Shown here piece by piece: positions 1-9,516 of a stretch of 64,000 nucleotides of DNA. How positions within the stretch are numbered: position 1 is the stretch's first letter; every line of letters starts with the position of its first letter. Origin of the DNA: a virus. The notes under the pieces were generated by a model. The model was not told the origin of the DNA and ran no database searches. It saw nothing but the letters and a program-made list of their open reading frames with translations. The position numbers and the translations under genes were made by a program. The stretch covers positions 159,033 to 223,032 of IMG/VR virus record IMGVR_UViG_3300011980_000002; one strand, given 5' to 3'.

Positions 1-1497
1 AATGGTGATGAAGAAATTACTAAATTATTTACCGAGTTATATGATGAATTAGGATATCCTATTATAGATGTAGTAAAAGCTCCTGATGGAATTACTAAGA
101 AGAAGATTATAGATGGTTATCATTACGATCTGATACTTAAAGATGCTATTTATGTTAATAGTGATGATAGAAGTGCTACTTATAAGAATATGGATGTTAT
201 TATGATAGACCATAAAGTAAGTGCAGATATATTCAATCATATATTAATCCCTCTTAATAGTGAGTGTGCTTTTAATAATAGACATCTTTTAGTAATAGCA
301 CCATCTTATGATGATGTAGCTATGCTAAGAATGAGACAGTTATTATTAGACGAGTATAAACAGACTCACGATGTTAATATGGTTCTTACTGTAGCGAATA
401 TTAATTTTGCTAATAATAGAGATTGTTATGATGATTTAGCAATGCTACTTAATACTACTATATTAACAAGAACTATGGTAGCAGATATTATCAAATTTAC
501 CACAGAAAATGATGGTGTTAAAATATCTAATATAATAGATATCAATAATAGAAATATTAAAGACATATCTATTACAGTTAAGCATATTGATGATAATGAA
601 TATATTAATGATGATATGATTACTAAGACTATTGATAATGGGGAAATATCAGATGATGTAAGAATACCATTATTTGATGAATTTAATATTAGATGCGGAT
701 TTGTTGGTAATGTAAGAATTAGCATGGAAGAATCTGATGGTAGTGTTTTTAATGATTTGATATATGATAAAGAAATATATAATAGAACCATTAAAAATAT
801 CGAGGTAGATTTAGAAGAATCTATTAGAAAAAATGAAAACCTTGGTACTCTGGACTTCCACTCTGATAGAATAAGAACCAGATTATTTAAACTTAAAATG
901 AAGATTGGTAGTATAGAAGTTGGTGGAGTTTCTCAGTTATCTATCGACATGTTAAAAGACTCCGTTGATGATACAGTTAAAGCTACTTCAAGTGCATTTT
1001 ATAATGGTATTGTTAAAGGATGTAGTGTATCCACATTAAGAGCAATTAATTATGCAAGAAAGTCTGAAGGATTGAATGATTTAGAAAGATTGATTATTAA
1101 TTGTATATTTAATGGGTTTAAAAATCTTTATAAGTCATTACTTAATTCAAGATATCATTATATTGGAGATAAGGAATTAATACTTACAGAAAATACCACA
1201 TACCAAGGAATCTATAAAGTTATCGTAGATGATTATAAACTTAATTTAGGCGATGAGTATAATGTACTCCCATTAATATCAAGAGTTATTGAAGAAGATG
1301 GAAACGATATTACATCTATATACGAATTATTAATTTTTATGAGTATGCATAAAAATTCTGCAATAGATTTAACTAATGGTGAATTTAATCCAGATGTTAT
1401 TAATACAGCAAGAACTGATAAAGAAGTACTAATTGCATCAACAGATTTAATTGGATTATTAATAACAGGTAATCAATTAATCGTTATGGAAAAATAA
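1..1497 (+). CDS. GroEL-like chaperonin (Cpn60 family), 5' end cut by window edge
   Basis: Frame 1 is open from nt 1, with no stop before the first Met at 190. The C-terminal part aligns by eye with the GroEL equatorial domain. IEVGGVSQLSIDMLKDSVDDTVKATSSAFYNGIVKG matches [34 protein letters not shown], and DVINTARTDKEVLIASTDLIGLLITGNQLIV matches [30 protein letters not shown]. There is no GGM tail. Confidence 0.75.
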   Translation, partial: NGDEEITKLFTELYDELGYPIIDVVKAPDGITKKKIIDGYHYDLILKDAIYVNSDDRSATYKNMDVIMIDHKVSADIFNHILIPLNSECAFNNRHLLVIAPSYDDVAMLRMRQLLLDEYKQTHDVNMVLTVANINFANNRDCYDDLAMLLNTTILTRTMVADIIKFTTENDGVKISNIIDINNRNIKDISITVKHIDDNEYINDDMITKTIDNGEISDDVRIPLFDEFNIRCGFVGNVRISMEESDGSVFNDLIYDKEIYNRTIKNIEVDLEESIRKNENLGTLDFHSDRIRTRLFKLKMKIGSIEVGGVSQLSIDMLKDSVDDTVKATSSAFYNGIVKGCSVSTLRAINYARKSEGLNDLERLIINCIFNGFKNLYKSLLNSRYHYIGDKELILTENTTYQGIYKVIVDDYKLNLGDEYNVLPLISRVIEEDGNDITSIYELLIFMSMHKNSAIDLTNGEFNPDVINTARTDKEVLIASTDLIGLLITGNQLIVMEK

Positions 1498-1562
1498 TAC
1501 TCGATTTCTCCACATTACTATAATCAAGTTTATAATTATATGTAAAGGAAGATAATATAAAT

Positions 1563-1883
1563 ATGGATAGTAATAGGAAACAAGGATTAATATCCGCAAT
1601 AGTTACACTTGGAATTCTTGTAGGAGTTTTTTATACTGGATTTAGATTAGGATTTTATACTCAATATCATAGAAGATTCTATGATGGTATAAGAAGAAAA
1701 ATTGTTCAGTATAATGAGGATGGTACCATAATACACACATGGTACGGTGAAGATATAACTGTATTATCAGAATCTGAAAATGGTATATATTTTATAGATG
1801 ATGGTAAAAGGTATATTGCCAAAGGTGGTATCATCGTTGTAGAAGAATTGGAAGTGTCAAAGAATAATAGTTGGATGAAGTAA
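1563..1883 (+). CDS. Small N-terminally membrane-anchored protein, unknown function
   Basis: 106-aa ORF with AAAGGAAG upstream. Hydrophobic segment LISAIVTLGILVGVFYTGF. Followed by the terminator at 1907. Confidence 0.5.
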   Translation: MDSNRKQGLISAIVTLGILVGVFYTGFRLGFYTQYHRRFYDGIRRKIVQYNEDGTIIHTWYGEDITVLSESENGIYFIDDGKRYIAKGGIIVVEELEVSKNNSWMK

Positions 1884-1906
1884 TAATTTTTTATAATTTT
1901 CATTAA

Positions 1907-1968
1907 TATAAGAATGAATAGCTTAAGTTATATTATTAATTTAATGCTATTCATTCTTATATTTTTTT
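1907..1968 (+). terminator. Intrinsic terminator
   Basis: 16-bp arms TATAAGAATGAATAGC / GCTATTCATTCTTATA followed by a T7 run. Confidence 0.7.
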
Positions 1969-2007
1969 ACCATATTTTCTATTAATACAAAGAAAGGAAT
2001 TATAATT

Positions 2008-2841
2008 ATGGCTATTAAGAAACATAATTTCCAAACTTTACAAGATTTCTTACAAAAACCATTTGGTCAAATAAAACCAGATACATCTAAATTTGATGCT
2101 GCTTATGAATCTATGATGAGTAGTAAGAGTATCAAATGTGATAAGTATTGTAAAATTAATAACTCATATTTATTCTTAGTTCAAATACCATCTGAATCTA
2201 AACAAGGAGAATATTATGAGGTAGTAATCCAATTCTTTACTAAGAAAGATAATGCTAATGACCCAACTTTATCATTCTCATTAGAGCGTTATTATTTACA
2301 ATTTTATTCTAATAGTCCTAGTTTTATTTATAAATATTCTGCTATATATAAAACTACTGGATATTTAATAAATGTATTATATGATAGATTAGGAACCAAG
2401 TCTAATAGTATGCCAACTAAGACTAATCCAGATATGAATATGACATATGATAAATCTATCTATATTGCTTGTAAATACCTTTGGGATCATAGATTAAGGT
2501 TATTAAGTTTTAATGGAATGAGGATATTAAAGCAATTACCGGTTAAAGACTTTTTAAAAGAAGTAAGAGACTATGATACGGTAATGGATGATTTGGAATT
2601 ATTTAACTTAGAAAAAGGATTACAGAAAGAATTAGAGAAAGAGAAGAGACAGTTAAATGAAGAAAAATTATCTCGACCACATTTTAATATACTAGAGAAA
2701 TTAGGGTTTATCAAACCTAAGATAAAAGCTACTAATAGTACTTTACAAAATAAAGATATGAGTGCAATTAAAAAAGTACAAAAGAAAAGTGCTATTAAAC
2801 CACTAAAGAAAAAAACCAGTAAAAAATCTACTTACAAGTAG
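2008..2841 (+). CDS. Hypothetical protein with lysine-rich C-terminal tail
   Basis: 277-aa ORF after SD AAAGGAA. The C-terminus is KKVQKKSAIKPLKKKTSKKSTYK. No recognisable catalytic motif. Confidence 0.55.
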   Translation: MAIKKHNFQTLQDFLQKPFGQIKPDTSKFDAAYESMMSSKSIKCDKYCKINNSYLFLVQIPSESKQGEYYEVVIQFFTKKDNANDPTLSFSLERYYLQFYSNSPSFIYKYSAIYKTTGYLINVLYDRLGTKSNSMPTKTNPDMNMTYDKSIYIACKYLWDHRLRLLSFNGMRILKQLPVKDFLKEVRDYDTVMDDLELFNLEKGLQKELEKEKRQLNEEKLSRPHFNILEKLGFIKPKIKATNSTLQNKDMSAIKKVQKKSAIKPLKKKTSKKSTYK

Positions 2842-2844
2842 TAA

Positions 2845-2880
2845 ATATATATTATTAATTTAGATATGTAAAATATATTA
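2845..2880 (+). promoter_or_regulatory. Early-class promoter-like motif (variant)
   Basis: ATATATATTATTAATTTAGATATGTAAAATATATTA shares TATTAATTT and TATGTAAAATATAT with the family. Confidence 0.35.
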
Positions 2881-2908
2881 TAGGAAAGGAAGTTATACTA
2901 AAAGAATT

Positions 2909-4522
2909 ATGAGTAGTAAAAAAATGAAACCACCAATAGTTTTGTGGAAACCTAAGGAAGAAGAGAAGATAATTACATATGATGGTAAAATCTTTATATG
3001 TAATTTTGATAAGGTATTATCTCCGGAATTAGTACCTTATAGAAATTTTATGATTAATAAATCCAGTTATGAAAAACAACTGGACCAGATAGTAGCTTAT
3101 ATTAATTTCTTCTTAAATTTTTATGATAAAGAACATGAATTAATATTAGGGTATCTTAAGTTAAAATTTGTTATAGATAAAGAAAGATTATTCCAAGTTG
3201 ACCCTAGTATGGATAATGAAGAGAAGAATAAAACCATAAATGGATTTATATCATTAATGCATAATATACTATTTGAAGATACTTCTGTAGCTAAGAATAT
3301 TAGTAAATTAGTAGAAGATAATTACATTGATGATATAGAAGGTACTAATAGTAAAGGGGATAAGAAAGAATATTTAGAGTCATTAGAATTTACCAATGCT
3401 CATGTTATGTTAATACTTAAAGTATCGTTTGCAATGAAAATAATAGCCCCAATTATGTTCCATTATTTTTATATAAATGGAATTAAGTTGGAGAAGAATT
3501 CAGATTATATCTATAGATTTTATAAACCATTATTTGGAGATATATTTGAAACACATGGAATTAATCTATTTAATAAATTATTTGTGTATGTGAAATCAAG
3601 AGTATTTGAATCCGGTAAGATTAATGCTGCAATATTTGATAAGAGAGAGATTATGGGTATTGATATATACTTAGTGCTTAGTATGTTTATTAAGAAAGTC
3701 GTAATCTCTGATAATATGGTTAAATATTCATTTCCAGAAACTTGGGATGAGAAAAATCATAAGTATAAAGAGAATATTGTAGGATTTAATAAGACTATAC
3801 TTAAATTACAACTTAATTATTTCATTAAAGAAGTACATGGTAAAAATTTAACCGAAGTATCTAATACTAAGAATACTGAAGGTTTATCAGGTGCTGATAA
3901 GATGGAAATGAATATTAAGAAGATGGATGAAGGTATGGGATTATTTGCAGAATTAAATGCAGAGAAAACCGTAGAATATATTAAGAGAGTTATAGATATT
4001 CCTGTAAGTAAATATGAAGTAGACTATATGATGGATCACTTTAAACCTAATGACATACAGATTAAATTAATCTATAGCTATTATAGTAATTACTTTGGTA
4101 ATTATAGAGATACTGCATTAGTTACAGGAAGAAATTTCTATACATTAGCATTATTACTTAAGAAGAAATTGTTATTAGATTTTGCTCATGATATAAACAA
4201 AGATAATTACAACCTGACCTTACCATATGTACTGACAGGTAATGTTGAAGGTAGGTTAAATTCAAGAATAATAAGAAATAATAAATACTTAAGTAAATTA
4301 GAAAATGATGACTATTATCAGAAATTACTCAATAATGAATATAAATTATTATTAGAGATAAATCCTGATGAAATTAAGAATATCATTAGTACAATGCTTA
4401 ATTTACAATTCTCATATGTTACTCCAGAGAATCCAGATTTATTAGGAGAAATAATAGAGACAGATGAAAATAAATTAGGTGCAGAATTATTATACTTTTT
4501 ATTTCATATGGAAAGGAACTAA
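2909..4522 (+). CDS. Hypothetical protein
   Basis: 537-aa ORF with SD GGAAAGGAAG upstream. An early-like promoter variant lies at 2845. No motif recognised. Confidence 0.6.
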   Translation: MSSKKMKPPIVLWKPKEEEKIITYDGKIFICNFDKVLSPELVPYRNFMINKSSYEKQLDQIVAYINFFLNFYDKEHELILGYLKLKFVIDKERLFQVDPSMDNEEKNKTINGFISLMHNILFEDTSVAKNISKLVEDNYIDDIEGTNSKGDKKEYLESLEFTNAHVMLILKVSFAMKIIAPIMFHYFYINGIKLEKNSDYIYRFYKPLFGDIFETHGINLFNKLFVYVKSRVFESGKINAAIFDKREIMGIDIYLVLSMFIKKVVISDNMVKYSFPETWDEKNHKYKENIVGFNKTILKLQLNYFIKEVHGKNLTEVSNTKNTEGLSGADKMEMNIKKMDEGMGLFAELNAEKTVEYIKRVIDIPVSKYEVDYMMDHFKPNDIQIKLIYSYYSNYFGNYRDTALVTGRNFYTLALLLKKKLLLDFAHDINKDNYNLTLPYVLTGNVEGRLNSRIIRNNKYLSKLENDDYYQKLLNNEYKLLLEINPDEIKNIISTMLNLQFSYVTPENPDLLGEIIETDENKLGAELLYFLFHMERN

Positions 4523-4524
4523 TT

Positions 4525-4887
4525 ATGTTAGGTAAGAAAAGAATTCTGAGTAGTGATACAATAATTTTTATAAATCTATGCACAATTAATGTACTATCAA
4601 GTCGTGATACAGAACGAATAGTAAAACTGAGAAAAGAAATAGAAGAATTTATTGAATATAATACCAATTATTATCATGAGTTGGAAAATTCACAAATATC
4701 TAATAAAGAAGAATTATCCAAAGAGCTTTCTATTAACATTGATAAATTGAAGTGTGTACTACATATGATAGAAAGTTCAAGTGGGAAAGTTAAATGTGAG
4801 TATATCAATCCTGATTTGAAAGGTTTTAAAAGTGATATATTCACAATTGACCAATTCCTGACGGATAATAGTACTATTATAAAATAA
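4525..4887 (+). CDS. Hypothetical protein
   Basis: 120-aa ORF starting 2 nt after the previous stop. A strong terminator lies at 4902. Confidence 0.5.
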   Translation: MLGKKRILSSDTIIFINLCTINVLSSRDTERIVKLRKEIEEFIEYNTNYYHELENSQISNKEELSKELSINIDKLKCVLHMIESSSGKVKCEYINPDLKGFKSDIFTIDQFLTDNSTIIK

Positions 4888-4901
4888 ATAAAATCTCATT
4901 A

Positions 4902-4944
4902 ATATAACCTATATACGGATTATCGTATATAGGTTATATTTTTT
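4902..4944 (+). terminator. Intrinsic terminator
   Basis: 16-bp perfect stem ATATAACCTATATACG / CGTATATAGGTTATAT followed by T5. Confidence 0.75.
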
Positions 4945-4960
4945 ATAATATCGAATTATC

Positions 4961-4992
4961 TATATAATATTAATTTGTAATAAAATAATATT
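4961..4992 (+). promoter_or_regulatory. Early-class promoter-like motif (class 2)
   Basis: TATATAATATTAATTTGTAATAAAATAATATT, 22 nt before ATG 5014. Follows terminator 4902. Confidence 0.6.
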
Positions 4993-5013
4993 ATTTAAAG
5001 GAGAAAAAGAAAT

Positions 5014-5634
5014 ATGAAAAAATTTAATTATGGTTTTGAAGATTTTTCATTCAGTGAGGACAAAGCCAATCATCAATCAGAAATAGAATTATTGATTAAA
5101 AAGCTTCGTGGGTTTAAATATGTTACAGCATATTTAAACGTTGGTATTAATATGTTATATAGAATAACGATACTTGAGGGATATTTGCTAAGATTTCTAA
5201 TTTTTACAGATAAAGGTGATTTTTACGATAGTATACAATATGCAATAAAAATGTGTAGAGATATAGCTGAATTACTCGTTAATAATTCAAACGTGTATAC
5301 CTATCATGGTTTTTATAATAAGAATAAGAGAATAAGCGATATTCTCTTTGAGAAAGTAGAACTTATTGATAGAAAAACCATTACAGAAGCACAATCAATA
5401 TTAGATATAGATGATAGGGATATGAGAGATTTTATCAATAGATTTCAATCGAGAGCTTTCATCTATATAGAGAGAATTGATGAGGGTAAACATATTATAG
5501 TACTATTGGATTCATTTTATTCATATATGTATTTAATTGAAAATATGGATAAGAAAGAAATTAACAATAGTTCATTTTCATTAGAAACAGCCAATTCAAT
5601 ATCAGTAGAAAATGAGGATGAGAATGACGATTAA
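5014..5634 (+). CDS. Tandem paralog family protein, member 1
   Basis: 206-aa ORF behind early motif 4961 and the fixed SD AAAGGAGAAAAAGAAATATG. Homologous to 5687..6334: MCRDIAELLVNNSNVYTYHGFYNKNKRISDILFEK matches IACEIADTIIDSVKFDSYYEFYKTHKKISDLLIEN, and both end NSIS..(E/D)-rich..NDD. Confidence 0.6.
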   Translation: MKKFNYGFEDFSFSEDKANHQSEIELLIKKLRGFKYVTAYLNVGINMLYRITILEGYLLRFLIFTDKGDFYDSIQYAIKMCRDIAELLVNNSNVYTYHGFYNKNKRISDILFEKVELIDRKTITEAQSILDIDDRDMRDFINRFQSRAFIYIERIDEGKHIIVLLDSFYSYMYLIENMDKKEINNSSFSLETANSISVENEDENDD

Positions 5635-5671
5635 AGTTGAATTATTTTTTAATAAAAATAATATTATTTAA
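5624..5671 (+). pseudogene. Relic 5' end of a duplicated gene (homologous to the start of 6324..6977)
   Basis: 5611-5655 AATGAGGATGAGAATGACGATTAAAGTTGAATTATTTTTTAATAAAAAT matches 6311-6355 GATGAGGAAGGTAATGATGATTAAAGTTGATTTATTTAATTATAAAACC. The first copy reads MTIKVELFFNKNNII then a stop. Confidence 0.6.
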
Positions 5672-5686
5672 AGGAGAATAAGAAAT

Positions 5687-6334
5687 ATGAAATTTACAAA
5701 AGAGACAGTTGATAGCTTTTTAAACGAAATTAATGGTAATTTAAAGAATATGATACCAATAGCTAATACTATGTACGATAAGTTAGAATCATACCACTAT
5801 CTATGGTTACATGGTGGTTATAGAAACTATGATGATTTACCATTTATTGTGGATTTTGCTGAGAAAATTGGTAGTATGTATGAAGCAGAATGTATGAATC
5901 CCAAAAGCAATATATACATATATGGAAGTCTGGAAAATGACATACTAGCTATTATGAGTATAGCTTGTGAAATTGCGGATACGATTATTGATAGTGTTAA
6001 ATTTGATAGTTATTATGAGTTTTATAAAACTCATAAAAAAATATCGGATTTATTAATAGAAAATTGTAATATTTTCTCACACCTAATAGATACTGATATT
6101 AATTTTGTAGCCAGTAAGTTTCATATGGAAACTGACGAATTATTAGAATTATTAGCAGATTTTAAGGAATTGTGTATAGTCAATATACAACCACATGGTA
6201 AAAAAAGTAAAATCTATTTTAAGTTAGGTACTAATTTTTACAAGTACGCATATTACATAGGTTATAGAAATGGTGAATTGTTAGAAACCCCTAATTCTAT
6301 TAGTATTCAAGATGAGGAAGGTAATGATGATTAA
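5687..6334 (+). CDS. Tandem paralog family protein, member 2
   Basis: 215-aa ORF with SD AAAGGAGAATAAGAAATATG. Clear paralog of 5014..5634. Confidence 0.6.
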   Translation: MKFTKETVDSFLNEINGNLKNMIPIANTMYDKLESYHYLWLHGGYRNYDDLPFIVDFAEKIGSMYEAECMNPKSNIYIYGSLENDILAIMSIACEIADTIIDSVKFDSYYEFYKTHKKISDLLIENCNIFSHLIDTDINFVASKFHMETDELLELLADFKELCIVNIQPHGKKSKIYFKLGTNFYKYAYYIGYRNGELLETPNSISIQDEEGNDD

Positions 6335-6977
6335 AGTTGATTTATTTAATTATAAAACCCCATTTGATTATATGGGTAAGAACTGGGCTGAAGAGTTAAC
6401 AAAAGAATTTGTAATTAGTCATTTAGGCACTATACTCGATTTTATAAATAATCTTAATTCTGATTATATCAATATTGTAGAGACAGTTGAGAAATTAATT
6501 GCTTCTAATAATAAATCGGTTATATTTGACTGGTGTGAAAAGAACACTAGACCAGTTTATATTATAAAAAGAATCTATATTTTATTCAATGAATATCATA
6601 ATAGTACTAAAGGGTATAGTATAGATTTGGATACTGTGAATATGTTTAAGAGACTGGAGTTATTAGTTGCACCTTATGATATAATTGATGCTTCATATCG
6701 ATTACAAATAGAAGTTTCTAAAGCATACAATATGTATTCCACAGATATGTGTGTCAAAGATATCATGGATAAAATGTATAAGAATGGTGAAATGGATAAA
6801 GATATCTTATATAGTAAATTAAAAGATAAGTGGTACGTATCCAATATAGATAAGGCTTTAGACAAATTATTAAGAGAGAGTAAATTTATTTCCAATATAG
6901 ATAATAAATTATGGGTAACATATATTGGAAATATTATTTACGAGGCTGTTTTATTAAAGAATAAGTCTGTAATTTAA
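6324..6977 (+). CDS. Hypothetical protein of similar size to neighbours, possibly a distant family member
   Basis: The ORF track starts at 6312. ATG 6324 or 6327 fits SD GAGGAAGG (6314-6321) better. Overlaps the previous stop in an ATGATGATTAA arrangement. Confidence 0.55.
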   Translation: MMIKVDLFNYKTPFDYMGKNWAEELTKEFVISHLGTILDFINNLNSDYINIVETVEKLIASNNKSVIFDWCEKNTRPVYIIKRIYILFNEYHNSTKGYSIDLDTVNMFKRLELLVAPYDIIDASYRLQIEVSKAYNMYSTDMCVKDIMDKMYKNGEMDKDILYSKLKDKWYVSNIDKALDKLLRESKFISNIDNKLWVTYIGNIIYEAVLLKNKSVI

Positions 6978-6991
6978 AGGAGAAAAGAAAT

Positions 6992-7654
6992 ATGAGCAAA
7001 GATATTCATTTTCCAACAGTTCCAGTATTTAAAGGTGGAATTAAAACCGAAGAAGATTTTAAAGTATTTAAAGATTTCACTCGTAAATTAAGAATTAACA
7101 AATCTAAGTATATTGATACTATGATAGATAAATTTATGTCTATTGTGGATAAGAAGTCATATTATGATTTTATAAACTATTTCAGAAAAGATATTATTAA
7201 AATTATGGATATTATAGAACATATAAACTTCCCTATATCCGGAATTCAATATAATATGAAGTATGTTGAATGTGATTTACCAATATTAAACATGTTTGTT
7301 AGAAAGTATGTAACATTACAAGATTCATCCAATAGAGTATTAGCTGGAGTCATATATGATAAAGAGAAAGATAATATATTGAAAATATATACTCTTTTAG
7401 AAAAATACTATTCTATGGATTTATTCCCAACAGTATCATCTTTATCAAAACATAAAAAAATCAAAGATGTGGTTATTACTAAAGATGAGTTCAATTCATT
7501 AAATAAATTGCTATTTGATTATGGGGTATTGGAATTAGAATTTGATAGTATCAAGTATTCTATGAGTGCTATTGGATTAGCTTTTTATGATTACATAATA
7601 CCTATTATATTTAGAAAAGATAACTATTCAACTTTAATGTCTAAATATCTATAA
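6992..7654 (+). CDS. Hypothetical protein of similar size to neighbours, possibly a distant family member
   Basis: 220-aa ORF behind the fixed SD AAAGGAGAAAAGAAATATG. Its C-terminal third has the same helix-rich pattern as the three upstream genes; this similarity is weak. Confidence 0.55.
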   Translation: MSKDIHFPTVPVFKGGIKTEEDFKVFKDFTRKLRINKSKYIDTMIDKFMSIVDKKSYYDFINYFRKDIIKIMDIIEHINFPISGIQYNMKYVECDLPILNMFVRKYVTLQDSSNRVLAGVIYDKEKDNILKIYTLLEKYYSMDLFPTVSSLSKHKKIKDVVITKDEFNSLNKLLFDYGVLELEFDSIKYSMSAIGLAFYDYIIPIIFRKDNYSTLMSKYL

Positions 7655-7668
7655 ACTAATCTTTAATT

Positions 7669-8721
7669 ATGATAGAGAATGTACAAAACTTCAAAGAAAG
7701 ATTTATAGAATTATTTATGTTAAGAGATGTCTGGAAACAGAAAGTATCTGATTCACAATATCGGACTAGATGTGTATATTGTGGAGATAGTAAGAAAGAT
7801 TTCAATACCGGACATCTCTATATTAAGTGTAATAAAGACGATAGGTCACCTATTGTCTATAATTGTTTTAAATGCACAGCATCTGGTCTAGCAGATGCTG
7901 ATTTTTTTAAATTGTTAGATTTAGATGATTTAATCTCAGATAATTCCTTTGATAAATTAAAGAATAATTTTAGTAAAGTAAATAATTCTCATAGAGTACA
8001 AGATTTTATTTATGAAAATTATTCATGTTTTAACAGTAATAAATATCTTTATAAATTAGACTATATAGAAAAAAGAATAGGAGTTAAATTTAATAATGAA
8101 ATGGTTAATAAATGTAAAGTAATCACATCTATTAAGGAATTTCTTAAATATAATAAAATTAAAGATATTACTGTGGATAAATATATATTGGATATATTAG
8201 ACAGAGATTATATTGGATTTTTATCATATGGGAATACACATATATTCTTAAGAGATATAACTAATACTCATAAATTATCGTGGGTTAAATATAAGATATA
8301 TAATAGTAATACTTTAGTAGTTTATAATATCAGTAATAGTATTAATGTATTAACCACAGAAGATATTACTATAAATATAAGTGAAGGTATAATAGATATT
8401 TTATCAATTGCTTATAATCTTAATAATAATAGAGATAATGTAATTAATTTTGCTAATGGTAGTAAATCTTATTTTAACTTAATCAATCATATAATTAAAT
8501 TAGGTTTAGTAGGAAATAATGTAACTTTAAATATCTATAGTGATAATGATAAGAAATTCAATAATGATAGTAATTATTATGATACTACCATTAATTACTA
8601 TAAAAAGGTATTTAGGTATTACAAAATACTATTTAAAGAAATTAATGTATATTATAACATACTGAGAAAAGATTGTGGTGAACGTATAGAAAATATATCT
8701 TTAAGTAAGCATAAAATATAA
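7669..8721 (+). CDS. DNA primase-like protein (Zn-ribbon + Toprim)
   Basis: N-terminal Cys4 ribbon CVYCGDSKKDFNTGHLYIKCNKDDRSPIVYNCFKC. Toprim-like INISEGIIDILS (compare DnaG EGYMDV) and a downstream acidic LNIYSDNDKK (DxD). Confidence 0.55.
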   Translation: MIENVQNFKERFIELFMLRDVWKQKVSDSQYRTRCVYCGDSKKDFNTGHLYIKCNKDDRSPIVYNCFKCTASGLADADFFKLLDLDDLISDNSFDKLKNNFSKVNNSHRVQDFIYENYSCFNSNKYLYKLDYIEKRIGVKFNNEMVNKCKVITSIKEFLKYNKIKDITVDKYILDILDRDYIGFLSYGNTHIFLRDITNTHKLSWVKYKIYNSNTLVVYNISNSINVLTTEDITINISEGIIDILSIAYNLNNNRDNVINFANGSKSYFNLINHIIKLGLVGNNVTLNIYSDNDKKFNNDSNYYDTTINYYKKVFRYYKILFKEINVYYNILRKDCGERIENISLSKHKI

Positions 8722-8739
8722 CTCTGAAAGGATTAATTT

Positions 8740-9084
8740 ATGAAAAGAATTAATAGTAAAAATTATGACATTATGACCAATGTATTCTTTATACATAAGG
8801 GTGTCCCATATAACGGTCGTATTGTGAACAACAAAGTAGATTCGTATTATATCGTGCATAAAATTACCATGTTAGATAAAGCGGTGGATACCGGTAAGGA
8901 AACATATATGGTAGATAGAAATTTAGTAGATGACAAGTGCCCGTTCAATTTACCAAAATACCCAACTATGGAAGATTTAGAATATATTAAATCAGTATAT
9001 GATCAATGTCTAACTGATAAATATGATATGGATAGTCTGGATTTTGAAAAGTTCTATAAAATGGTTGGAAATCATTTTGATTAA
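8740..9084 (+). CDS. Hypothetical protein
   Basis: 114-aa ORF with SD GAAAGGA. Followed by the hairpin at 9090. Confidence 0.5.
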   Translation: MKRINSKNYDIMTNVFFIHKGVPYNGRIVNNKVDSYYIVHKITMLDKAVDTGKETYMVDRNLVDDKCPFNLPKYPTMEDLEYIKSVYDQCLTDKYDMDSLDFEKFYKMVGNHFD

Positions 9085-9089
9085 ATAAG

Positions 9090-9129
9090 ATAATAGAGTA
9101 TATAGAAATCAATCTATATACTCTATTAT
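9090..9129 (+). terminator. Cassette hairpin (terminator-like, no T-run)
   Basis: 16-bp stem ATAATAGAGTATATAG / CTATATACTCTATTAT. Confidence 0.5.
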
Positions 9130-9161
9130 CTATGGTCCGTATTTCATATATATATATAGTA

Positions 9162-9194
9162 ATATACTATTTATATGTAATAAAATAAATATAT
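9162..9194 (+). promoter_or_regulatory. Early-class promoter-like motif (class 1)
   Basis: ATATACTATTTATATGTAATAAAATAAATATAT, with GTCCGTATTTC box upstream. Confidence 0.65.
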
Positions 9195-9210
9195 TAAAGG
9201 AGATATCATC

Positions 9211-9456
9211 ATGATGTCATTAGCAGAGTTAAATAGAATAACCAGTAAGTTTGATTTAGAGGCTTGTATGGCTATAGCCTCTGGAAGAAAAGAAACTATT
9301 GATTCTATCAAGGAAGAAATCAATACTCAACTTATATCATTTAATAACATGAAATCTGAAGCTGTTGAAGCTACAGATATTCACAACTTAGAATCTGCAA
9401 TTTATAAATTGCAGATTACATTAAAGGATATAGAAGGCTTTGGAATGTTATTCTAA
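9211..9456 (+). CDS. Small early-cassette protein, unknown function
   Basis: 81-aa ORF directly behind early motif 9162 and SD AAAGGAG. Flanked by hairpins at 9090 and 9431/9480. Confidence 0.55.
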   Translation: MMSLAELNRITSKFDLEACMAIASGRKETIDSIKEEINTQLISFNNMKSEAVEATDIHNLESAIYKLQITLKDIEGFGMLF

Positions 9457-9479
9457 GCCTTCTATATATATATTAATAA

Positions 9480-9516
9480 AAATAAATCTTAATTAATTTT
9501 AGGATTTATTTTTTTT
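9480..9516. terminator. Terminator between convergent genes
   Basis: AAATAAATC / GATTTATTT stem flanked by A-rich and T-rich runs. Confidence 0.5.

Noticed and set aside
49-791. Minus-strand ORFs 49..240 and 426..791 inside the chaperonin gene.
   Set aside because: They are antisense to a gene with clear GroEL similarity. They have hydrophobic, low-complexity products and no SD.
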